From Tubulanus polymorphus (taxonomy: Eukaryota > Animalia > Nemertea), in NCBI RefSeq assembly GCF_964204645.1, contig NC_134029.1, forward strand, positions 21,756,950 through 21,820,949: a stretch of 64,000 bases of DNA. Reading direction: 5' to 3'. This document shows positions 44,990 to 57,100 of this stretch, one piece after another. The position numbers were made by a program, and so were the translations under genes. How positions within the stretch are numbered: position 1 is the first letter of the stretch; each line of letters opens with the position of its first letter. The notes under the pieces are model-generated. The model was given only the letters and a program-made list of their open reading frames with translations. It searched no databases and had not been told where the DNA came from.

Positions 44990-45583
44990 TGTAGAGTAAA
45001 TCCTTATGAACGCTACTGTATCAGAGATAAAACGGAAAGCATTTCCTGGTAGTAGAAAAAGGGAGATGTTGCTGAAACTAAATTCAAACAACGGATTTGG
45101 ACTAATTTTGGCCCAAAATGACAATTAATTTAGATAATTCGTATCATTTTTTATTATCTTATACAATTTGGGTAATAAATTGAAATACTAACATCGCTAT
45201 TTATTTCTTCGTTCCATATATCGAAAATGTTCGTTTCGTTTTTCCATTTTCCCGGAAGATGGCGCCTTAATCGATAGCAGACCGCAGCAATTTAGCCGAA
45301 TGTTTTTGTTTATTTTTTGACACGCTTTTTTTCTTGATTATCCCAAAATAAGATCAGATGTGAAGACGGGGCTTTGGTGGTACATATAAGAAATCCGTGT
45401 ATAGGAACGTGACTCGAACAGGCGATGAAATTCCCGATTTTTCGCGTTTGTCTCTCCAGGGGACGCGACACTGACGCCACCTGGGTTTGACCCCTTCAAC
45501 AAAGGGCTTGTGAAATATTCAAGATGGCGTGTATCCCCCAGCAATTCCGAGGATCGCGGAGGCCATTTTAAGGACGTAGAATT
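44990..45583. promoter_or_regulatory. Bidirectional promoter and 5' regions for RIOK2 and the THAP-BTB-ZF gene
   Basis: Divergent ATGs ~600 bp apart. ccggAAGATGGCG (ETS+YY1-like) at ~45252 and a second aagatggcg at ~45521. Confidence 0.7.
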
Positions 45584-48500
45584 ATGGGGCACAAGGACTA
45601 CTGCTGTGTGCCTGGTTGTGGAAATAGGAGGGATGAAAAAGCAGGGTTTTCATTCTACTCAATACCCCTGAAACCACATGAGAGACATAAATCCTGGCTG
45701 GGAGCTATTGGTAAAGGTTTTGATTGGGTACCCACTGCCCACACACGGATATGCAGTCTACATTTTGTGGGCGGTAAGAAAAATAACGATCCGGACAGTC
45801 CTTCGTACATTCCTACGCTACACCTGGATTTACCTGTAACCGAAGATGAAACCCGTCGTCGACGACGGCGACCACCTGTTTCCGCGAGTCTCATCGCTAA
45901 CATTCGCCGCGACGTCGAGGGTAACATTTACACGTCGACGAGAACGATTCCTTCGACGCCGGACGTGATGAAAGCTAAAACCGTCAGATCTCTTCTGTAC
46001 AACGACGTCGTTCACATGGAAAACGGATTTCAAAACCAACAACAACCGCAACCGGATCAGGTCGTCGCGGTAACGCCGAAACCGGCGGAATCCGGATCGT
46101 TTTCGTCGTTTATTCGTTCGTTGAGTAAAGAAAATACGTTGAATTTAATGAAACAAAGTTACGTGAAAATCGGAGCCGAAACGAACACAACGCCACCTAG
46201 CGCTACAGTATCCGTCAATCCGGAATCAAAACCTAATTTCCAAGATGTGAGTTAACTGTACCGAAAACCTGCAATCAGTTGCTCAAAAATTGGTTAAAGT
46301 TTGATTAAAGTACCATGGTAGTTAGTTACCTAATCGTTGGTGGTATTTATCTACTACATGTAGGCCTATTTAACTTTTGCCAACTTTTAAGTAACTGACC
46401 TCTGTTTGTTGTAAGTCGCCGAAATTGCCTGTCAATCTTTACAATTACCTGTTGTCATACGTTTTACAGAAGAGTGTATTTGGATCAGGTTCGATGTGGA
46501 AGGATAGTAACCATAGTAACAAATTACTGAAGAACCTAGCTCGCTTGTGGAATGACCAGACTTTTGCCGATGTTGTGATAAATGTTGGTTTTGAAACATT
46601 CCATGTAAGTTTTGAATTCTCAGTTTATTCCGTAATTAGGCCTATATTTCCCATAGAAAAATGGTTCTTGAAATGCAATTAGTAATGATATGATTTAAAT
46701 ATTATTTCAGGCACATCGCATTGTTGTCGCCGCAGCCAGTCCTTTCATGGCTAGTTTACTGTCAAATGTTCCGTTACAAGATAAGTGTAAGTACTTCATT
46801 TAACCCTTTCAGTGCGTCTACACCGTAGTGCGGTGTATGAATTGGTGATTTATTTTGCTAGTACACTGCACTGCGGTGTATCGATGTAATAACTAATTAG
46901 TAATTATCTCTATTGAAAGATGGCAACACCTGTCAAACATAGTGAAATATTGATAACTGATGATACACAGCACCGCAGTGTAGACGCACTATAGTGGTAT
47001 TCCGGTTATTCAACATACTAGGGTGGAATTTTTTCAAAATTTTCTAATCTCCAACACTATGAGGTATTATTGAGTCAGCACTGAAAGGGTTAAAGCCATC
47101 ATTGAAATGATTTCAGGCTAGCTGAAAATTTCAGACAGGTCTCATTTTGATGTCTAAGATTATGTTTTTGTTTTCAGGCGTGAGCATTGAACTTCCGTGC
47201 GACCCTCGAGCGATGAAAGAAATCCTCAATTTCATGTACACGGGAACTCTAACACTGAAAGACGAGACGGTGTATCCGATACTGTACTCGGCTCAGATGC
47301 TGAACGTCGAGAAAGTGCGATACATGTGCGAAAAATACGTCGATATTAACAAACTGCCGAATCCGGAAAAAGGCGAACACGAAAATGACACCGATATGGC
47401 GGAGGCGTACGAAAATGACAACAGCGTAAATAGCGACGAGAACGACGAGTGGAATAACGGACCAAAAATCGAATCGTGTTTCACATTGACGAACGGAGAT
47501 TCAAAAACTGAAAACAATTTCGAATCCAGTTCGCAGACGAAACGTCGCAAACGAAAAGCCGAAGTGACGATGAAACTACAGCCGAAACTACGCGTAATCG
47601 CCGAGGATGGCCTAGACGAGGCGGTCACGGTGAAAGAGGAACCGGATTGGGAATGGGATGACGCGCCGGAAGAAGATCCTCCGATGGTGCCCCCAGATAT
47701 CGATGTCAAAACCGAAAACGCGCAAATCGATACGATTGATGAGATTAGACGAGAAGTCGACGAGGAACTCGTCGCGGAATCGTCGTCGAAAAAGAGCCGC
47801 AAACGAAAGTCGAAACCGTTCCGAGCTGCGTGCGTCGAAACCGTCAAACTCGAAGAACCGAAACCCGAAGAGATGAAAGATTTATTAGGTTTGTTCGGAG
47901 GCGGTGATTCGGAGGTACAGAATACCGACGTCGGCGAGTTTATCAATAAATTACTGAACGTACACGACATAGTATCGCCTTCTGATCTCAATCTACCTGA
48001 AGATACTCACGACGGACTCGGGTTCATGGGCGAAGGAATCTTAGCTCCGTACAGTTCGAAAAGCGTCAAATCGAAGAAAAATCCCGACGAAGTGAAAAAA
48101 CAACAACAGGGACCGTTTTCGCGTATTTGCGCCGTTTGTTTCTGGCGTTTTCCGTCGGACGAGACCGCCGAAAAGCATATACGCAAAAATCACCCGGAAG
48201 TGAGCGAGGCCGAAATTCTGAGCAAAATCAAAGAAATGCGAATGCTGAACGCTAAACAGGATAATAGGAACTCGTCGAAGAATCAAAACGCGAACGCGAA
48301 GTCATCCGACGCGAAACAGAAAACGTCTGAGATTCTGCCCGACGATATCATGATATCTCGACAGTTCATCTCGAGTAACGATCGCACGGTGAGTAGTGAC
48401 GGAATCAAACAAAAGGCGGCTCTAGCGTACGTGTGTTGTCATTGCGATTCGAAGCACGAGTCACTACCCCTGTGTTTGGAGCACGTTCGCGATTGCCCGG

Positions 48501-49264
48501 TTCGTCAAACCGGGAAATCGCCGCGCGAACCGGCGCCGCCGGCGAAGATCGCGCAGCAGAGCGCCGCGAATCTGTACGGCGAATCGGCGAAGTTAGATTC
48601 GCTGGATCGCGTGGAACGCGACGAACGCGGTCGCATTCTGTATCACTGCGACGAGTGTCAGTACAAAACAACGCAGAAATATTACCTACCATTCCATCGT
48701 TATTATAAACATAGCATACCACTACCGGACGGTATCGACGTCTACGAGTGCGAAGTCTGTCATAAAAAACACCCGAGCGCCGGCGCGCTACGCGATCACA
48801 TGCTTTATCACAGCACGTCGAAGGATCATCAGTTCGTTTGTAGTTTATGTAAAGAAGTATTCAAAACCGTAACGTCGCTTCGCGATCACACGCGTCGCAG
48901 TCATCACCTCACAAACTCGGATACGCCGAAAAAGGAGAAACAGTATTATCAGTGTGACTATCCGAATTGCATTTATCGCACGCGCTATAAGAATAAGCTG
49001 TACACGCATTCCGTGCGACATTCGGGGGCGCAGCCCGAGTGGTTGAAACCGAAACCAGAGCCCGACCAAGACGGCACGCTTTATATCGACGAACTCGACG
49101 ATATGAACAGTAGCGCATTATCGAATCAGGACGAAGGGAATACTAGCGCGGCCGCCGCTGGCGCGTCGGTTCAAGATGATCCGAACTCGAGTGATTTATC
49201 TTCGCACGAGGTAGCAACCGGTACGTCGGATATCGTGTCCAAACAATCGGAAATTCCTGAATAG
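45584..49264 (+). CDS. THAP + BTB/POZ + multi zinc-finger transcription factor; 4 exons, ~986 aa
   Basis: Exon 45584-46246 carries a C2CH THAP domain (CCVPGC..W..ICSLHF..PTL). Exons 46470-46604, 46711-46786 and the start of 47178-49264 carry the BTB (HSNKLLKNL..FADVVINVG..FHAHRIVVAAASPF..ILNFMYTG..AQML). Five C2H2 and one C2HC finger follow. Intron phases 0/0/1 are consistent; total 2961 nt. Confidence 0.88.
46800..47093. mobile_element. piggyBac-like MITE in intron 3 of the THAP-BTB-ZF gene
   Basis: TTAA-ccctttcagtgc ... gcactgaaaggg-TTAA. It is an inverted copy of 18234-18529. Confidence 0.9.
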
Positions 49265-49548
49265 ATTTAATAGATATGCAAGGTAGTAATTCATAGTGTG
49301 TTCTTTTCCTACATACCGGTATTTTAGCGGTCACAGGCGGTTTTTTGTACTTCAGAAATGATTTGTTTCGATGTTTTTGATGTACAATCAATTAGTAAAA
49401 CCATGAATATTCAGTGATTATTGTAATACGTACATTCAGCTGGACTGAGGCATGTATTTCAGTTTTATTTCTAGGTAACCAATCATAAAATTTTCTAGAA
49501 CCGTGGACTCAAAACCAAAGTTATATAGCCTTAAAGATAAAACCTAGC

Positions 49549-49709
49549 TACGTTGGAACCTTATTACAACGAACTTGAGGGGACCAGAAAACCTGTTCAT
49601 TATAACCGATAGTTTGTTATATCCAGTATGGAGTTATTAAAATTGGCCTATTTGAAATGAAAATCTAGGTTTGTGATAACCGATGAATCAGTTATAACAA
49701 GGCTGCCCT
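49549..49709. mobile_element. Degenerate Tc1/pogo-like MITE in the probable 3' UTR of the THAP-BTB-ZF gene
   Basis: ggaaccttattacaacgaactt..ggaccagaaaa matches the reverse complement of the right-end block of the 22474 element. Confidence 0.6.
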
Positions 49710-50833
49710 GGATTATTACCCCCAAACCTGGATATGTGACAATCCAGAAAATGTTATTGTACTGCTGCCACCAAGGTTTTGTACTGGTGGCCTGCAAGAT
49801 CAATAGCGAATGACGAATTCAATTTTAGTGAAAAAATGCCGTGAATTGCATTGTAAAAATATCGTAAATAATGTACATATTATTGTCTAAGTAAACAATA
49901 ATACCATAATGATTTGAATGAACAAAATGATGCATTTTACAGCGTAGTGATCAGGATTTTACTAATTAATCATATACGCTTTATTTACAATATGACATAC
50001 TTAAATGTGCTACATACCGTAATGTCATACTCTACTATATGATAGACTACGTTAATTGTTGTTTGTATTATCATTATCATCAATGGATTAATAATCAAAC
50101 CATAAAACTGTAAATACGATGTAGACGTTTGATAATAATAATGATGAATATCTGCGCATGTTATTTGTTTAAAGTTGTATAAATTTCTACGTAGATCATG
50201 AATATTGATATTCCACTAAAGAAATTATGAATGAATATATACGTTATTGATTACTTCAAACTATTCCACATATCTACTAGCCCGATCAGTAGCTGGTGTA
50301 TATTTCGAATCTATCTTTTTCACCCTCGCCCGATGTAAAATATGTTTTTATCAAATTTAGATGTTCTATGAAAAAGTTTATATGCATATCACATTATGCG
50401 TGTGTAAGTATGTGTATTAAAACGGCTACAAATCAGTGTCACAATTTCTTCACATATTAAGTTGCTGTGATCAGATAGAAAGATAGATAAATCGTGCACG
50501 TATTCTCACTATAGTTACTGATAGGTTTCGATGATATTTCAATGATATTTTCCTATGATATCTATGATATTTTACTGGCGTAAAATTAGCTGCACATTTA
50601 ACTATTATCATTTCATCTTCTCATTCAATAAATCATGTATGTAAATAGAAACACGTATAATGGTTGTTGTATTCGTTATTGGATGATGGCTGGTTTTCTC
50701 TACTGGAGTCAAATTCACGGACGGAGGACTTTGAGTTTCTTGTCGTTGGTTCTGATGTGATCATTGGTTGCTAAGGTCATTGTTGCCTGGAGGCATTTCA
50801 CTGAAAATTCTCGCGTACCAGAGGAAATAACTG

Positions 50834-50866
50834 TACAATACAATACGATACAGTACAATACAATAC
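50834..50866. repeat. (TACAA)n microsatellite
   Basis: tacaatacaatacgatacagtacaatacaatac. Confidence 0.8.
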
Positions 50867-51127
50867 AGCAGTATATCACTCCCTAACCAAGTATTGGTAT
50901 GTATAGGATACCATATTTCATATTCAAAAATTATTGCGAGTAAGGTGCTGCTATGATATTGCTGTGGCAGATGGATGAACTATGTCAGCTGAAAAATGGC
51001 TGGCTGTGTCAGCTGCAATAGCCAGCTGCACCAGTATGCTGTTATTACAGCATTGACTTGCATATATTGAACCTCGCTGTTAGGCTACTGCACAGTGTGA
51101 CCCAGCGATGGGTTTGCGGTGACAGTC

Positions 51128-54100
51128 ATGGAAACTAAGGACAATACAGATGTACGACAAAGAAAGAAGACTGATGCAACACCATCAACATCGGGTTAGT
51201 GAACTAAATACTGTGCAATACTGCTTTACATTCACTCACTACTGTTGCAGTCAGTAATAGCAGTAGATTATGCTAGTATTAGCTTCACATTCGCGAAGGA
51301 TTTCAATGCCAGCATGTAGCATTGTTTTTTTTATGTTACAATTGTATAAAAATGCATGCAGAAGTTTATTTATCATGATTTGTGATACATAGGCGCAGAA
51401 GGTGAGCAACGAATTCAGGAATTGATGGCTACATAATCATTGCAGTCTTCATATTTCAGCCGAAGCCTTGGCCAATCAAATCAGTATTTCTATAAAATCT
51501 AGTATAAAAGATTCCCTGCAATGTAACCTGCAGAAATTTCGTGAATGGTCTTATTTTGTGAAAGATACGTTGAAGTCCAGTAAGTTGGATACCTTTAGAG
51601 GCTTACAACGGTGAACGTGTTATATCGAGCAATGACAGCTTTGCCCCATTTGTGGAGTTGTCATATAGACTAGAATTGTGTTTTTGTGAATGGTGGATTT
51701 GGGAACATCCCTAACTCTGCATAACCCTGGTAAAGATATCGGTAAACCATGGCGCAACATTTTTCCTTACCCATGCTTTTATCCTTCTATCAGTTTTGTG
51801 TGTTAAGTAACCTTATCCATCAGCGGAGGTTGGACAGTACCATGACATAATAGGAAGTAGTTTGATTCGAATGTTTTTCAATATTTCATTTCATAAACCT
51901 TGTGAGACATAGGGTACAAACTGAACTTTTGAAACCCCTGTTGGAATCGGCTGTTACGTAGGGCCTAGTTGAGGTTAATAAAGGCATTTTAATGCTCACT
52001 TTCTCTCAGGTAATGATTAGTATCGTAGACCTATTTACCTCTGTTCAGTGATTTATATCTGAAAATGAGTTAAACTGCAGTTTCTCTAACGGAGATTTCT
52101 ATTAAATCATTGCCAGTACCCCAGTACTGGTAAGGTACCTCATTCTATTTAGATCAAGGTGTTGATAGGATGCTTGTACTCTTAGGGTAGGGTATCTACC
52201 ATTAAACCATCAATTCTAAACTTAAATTGTGAGACAAACTACAAAACGAACAATTATATACTATACATGTAACTTAAATTTGCAAGTGTAAAGCAAATTG
52301 ATATACATCCATACATTGTAACTTATGTATTGCAAGTGTATCAATATACATCCAAACAGTTAATATACATGTTAGTACTGTAACTTATTTGAATTTTTTA
52401 AGGATATTAGAATGTTGTTTTATCTAGTTCTGATTGGTGTTCTATGTTTGTTTGTGCATCATGCTGCTCCATGGACATTACTCCATCGGTCCTTAGAGTG
52501 TTCCAAGCCTAGAGATTCTCCCCCTGTTTTATCAAACTCTAAACATGTATTTCGTAAGAAAGGTAGGCAAAAAACCGCGTGGATTCAAATCTATTTCTCT
52601 GACTTAGTCGATATAAAACCCTTGTAATACTATCATATTTCAATCTGGATTTTTTGAATGATTTATAGATGGAATGTCAATTATCATTCTATCCACCGAT
52701 CTCGGGCTGGAATTCGTAGTGTCGTTAATCATACACTTATTTGCACATTTCAGTTATTCCGTGTCAAGATATTATGTTTATTTAAGATATAGATACACCT
52801 TAGCATTTATTTATACCAACTAGTATATTACTTAGAATGTGTACATAAAGCAGGATACTTTTATTGTAACATTAGCAGCAACAACAGTAGTAGATTAGTA
52901 GAAACTAGGCTATGGAAGATGCCTAATTCTTTGCTTTCATCTTTATTTCATATTTACCTATCAAATGGTGAGGCTTTTTTCATGATATTTGTATGATTTC
53001 ATGCGATATTTGCTCGTATATTTCTTGAACTATTTGGATTCAGAGATTTCGAAAATTGACGATCTGAACGCATTTAAACATCAGCCTTTCTGTATAAGCA
53101 TATGGAGCGTAAATGCAGTTTTCACAAACCGTAAAGCACATTTTCTATATGAAACAGGGGCTACACAAATTTACAGATTATTAGTATATTGTCATTCATG
53201 TGAATAATAGATTTCGTTTTACCGAATAAAATGCCATCAATTGGGTTGAATTTCAAGTACAGTTTTTTGCGTACATATTGATTAAACTATGAATTTCGAT
53301 TTTAGGAGGAGAATCCACCGGAATATTTGGGCGTAAATTCGCGAGTACCAGTCGATTTGTAGTATCCAGTAAAGTATGGATGAACACGATACCGACTCGA
53401 GACTGCGACGTACTCCTGACATTCCCGGCGAAAACCGACGACCAAACTCTGATGTGGGTCCTCGCGCGCTTGCGCAGTCGTACACCGGAACTAGAGGTAC
53501 ACGTACGTCACCATAGTAACACTGGAGTTTATGGATTTTATATGACGTCATCATACGAAAAGTAAGAAAAATTTCTATAAAACATCGTTTATTGAATTTA
53601 AAACTGTCGGTGAATTGAGTCAATGAGATCATTTATTTAGAATAGTTCGAACATGAATCAAATGTCAAATTACTTGATTAGAGATTTCTATTGCTTATTC
53701 AATATATAATTCTGTCTTGTACCTATTGACCTTTATCAGACTAATGAGAGTTGAATTCAGATATTTCTTCATGAACAGCAGCAGATCCAGGGGGACATAT
53801 GAGACTCGTACAAGTCCATCAAATTATTTTGACAGTGCCCTTTTCTACTTTGTTGACAAAAATAATTGATACATTTCTGTGCAGTAGTGACCCTGATATT
53901 GCCTTTGTGCCCTTTTGGGATGTGACAAGCTTTGAACACTGACCCCTCAGTGCAGGAGTACACATGATATCAATTGCCTTTTTGGACATCAAAATGCCCT
54001 TTTGGGACTTGAAAAGTTCTTCAAAATTGACCCCTCTGTTTAGGAGTACACATGATATCAATTGCCTTTTTGGATATCGAAATGCCCTTTTGGGATGTGA

Positions 54101-57100
54101 CTAGTCCTTCAAAATTGGCACCTGGATGCGCCTGATGAATCGGTTAATACTCAAAAAGTTTTAATTTGTCCTGCTTTTTGTGCAGTCTGCTGAAAGGTGC
54201 TGAGGAAATCAACTTGAAGAAAGAACTAAAAATGGAATACGGCGGCGGAATGAAAGATTTCGAATATGATGACAAAGAATATTATAAATATATCGAAGAG
54301 GAAAGATTATTCTTCACGAGTCAAGAACGTCAGAGTATCGTTAAACATATGATGCATAATCTCAGAGCTATACAAGGTGATGAATTGAATAAAGTGCATT
54401 TCATCGAAGGACAAGCCATCAGTAAGTTAGAAATATGATTTTTTTCAGATTCATTTCGACTAGTTTTTTAATCACTCTAGTTTAAAAATATGAATTTTAT
54501 TTTGTGTAGAGACTATGTAATTCTAATTTATATGGAATTCATTATTTCAGTACAGTTGAAAATATAGTTTTCAAAATATCCAGGGTAGCTTTTTACCATA
54601 ATCTGCACATTGTACCGGCAGATATTCATACGCATGAATATATTCATGTGAGCTTTTTTTTTTGGTGATAGTTAGGAGTCCCTCGAGCGCTACGTCGAAT
54701 GAATACGAAATGAATCACAGATCCTTCTGTTGTTTATGGACAAATTTCACATCGCATGATTATATAGATGCATATAGCAGATTGTTTTGAAATACCGCTA
54801 TACAATTAATGCTGCTGTTTTATTACACAGTACCGGCGGCAGGTTCCGCCCGCGCTATATGCGAGTGATCGTGTCACAGACGTTGAAACAATGGATGATC
54901 GTTCCAGTTGTTAATCAGCGCGCCGTTGCCAACAACAGCCCGCTGATAGTAATCCCACAAAAATTAATTCGCTTTTGCGATCTTGATGGGGAACTACCAA
55001 CGCTCCTGCGGCAAGCAAGGATCCGCCAGGTTCGCTAGTAGTTGCTTGGTCTTTCGCGGTCTATTTCTATATTTCAATGAAAACTGTATAGACTTTTCTC
55101 TTAAATAGATCAAATATTATGAAAACTGCACCGATATCTAAGTAGAAAAATGAATTTAAAGTATATTTGTTGGGTCATATCATAATGTATGGATTCGGGA
55201 GCCTAAAAATTCAATTTGAAGTTCATTGGAAATGAACTGATTTTGACAACGAAAGGATTTAGGATTTAGGATTTTATTTACACTCCAACCATTTCTATGG
55301 TACATGGAGGGAGACTTATACAAAGTATACAATATTTACAATTAACAGAAAGGAAGACTGAGTATTCGTCACGCAATCTGGCGGGAAAACCTGGCGTTGC
55401 ACCTCCTCATTGATACTGGAAATTTTATGTCCAAAAAACAATATCGGTATTAGATTTCCTCTTGAATTATGTGACAGTGACAGTTTACGAGCCTGACATT
55501 GATGGCTACAATTTCAACGCAGAATTATGCCCACAGTGAAGTGGCAAAACTGTCATTCCAAGTATGATGGTTGCTACTCGGATATTATGAAATTCATGTT
55601 TTGAGATTCGTGGGTTAAAGCTCCATATAAACGTTTGGCGTAGTGTGGAATTGTCGCAATAAATCCAATATTGTAGTTTCTACGATATTAAGTTCTGATA
55701 TACTGACGGACGTAATATATTCCTATATATTAATTCATACTGCATATGATCGACTATATGTGATGGAGATTTAATCTCAATCGCATTACATACGCATACC
55801 AGTTAAATCAATTGAGTAAAGTGTTTATGTTAACCTGTTACTCCCTGAACCACGATTATGGCAGACGTTTCTAATTTAAATTTGTCGAGATCAGTTGAAT
55901 TAACATACGTACATGCGGATATTAATTGCGATTTAATTAGAATCCAACGGCAATTCTAAAATGTTTTAGTCTAATGTCAAGTTCAATAATTATGTTTTTT
56001 TAGGGTTGCGCTATAATATGCAAATGAATCATAATTATTATTATTCAAAACGTTTGAAAATAATGAATTTCTGAAAATTCTATTATGATATATTTTCTAA
56101 ATTACTTAATTGGATATTTCAGTTCCTTTTTTGGAATCACGTAAAATCATCTCACGAGTTCTTCCTCTTCACAACAGTGAAGACCTTACCAAGCTGAAGA
56201 GGACCTGGGTGCAAGCGTTTTTCAAAAGACAACCTCTAGGTACGTTTGCATCAATAGACTCTGCGTTTTCCATTCATTCATACTTTCTTATGGAAGCGCT
56301 TTATCAACCAACAAGTTGTAGCTGTTTCAAGTTTCATTTAGCTACTAATTCGTGTTGACTGATGTATTTTTATCTACACTGAACGATACACAGCTGAATA
56401 GTACTGAACTCCTTCGCGTAAAACCGAAGAACAAGATATTTTCTCAAATGTTTATATAGAAAATGTTCATTTTCCCGTATCTCCCTGAATTTCATCTTGT
56501 TTCATATAGTGATGGTTTTAGTTTCTTATGTTGTACATTTTTAGACAAAATCTGTGATTATTTCGGAGTAAAGATAGGCTTGTATTTCGCATACTTGGGA
56601 CACTACACGAAAGCTTTAATTCTGCCGGCGTTTTTAGGAGTCATGATGTGGTTTTCCACTGGAAAAGATCAGGTAAAAAGAGAAGTACTTCTGCTTAAAT
56701 TCTGGAGAAAATATTGCGACGGCTTATTTATACAGAAATTCAACCATCTCCATTCATTCAGGAAATAGACGACTTGTGTTTTATGTTGTTTGCGTTGTTC
56801 AATATTGGTTGGGCAACGTTGTATTTAGAGCACTGGAAAAGACAGAGTTCTGCCGTCGCCTATCGTTGGGGCACGTTAGACCGAGATCCAGACCTTCTCG
56901 TTGAACCAAGACCCTTATTCAAGGTTAGTTCTAACAAATGTTAGAAGATTTTCTTAAATCATATTTCTCGGTGCTAGTGAAATTATTAATTAGTAATTAG
57001 CAATTCTGTTAAAAATGGAAATTAATGTGTAAGTGTCATACGTTATATTTGCCAATAACCAGTTATCAACATTTTTCGTGCATTCGTATACCGTATGTGA

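Noticed and set aside
47293-47991. 232-aa antisense ORF, and other antisense ORFs over exons
   Set aside because: It is a Ser/Phe-rich shadow of the acidic, Lys-rich sense exon, as expected from codon composition.
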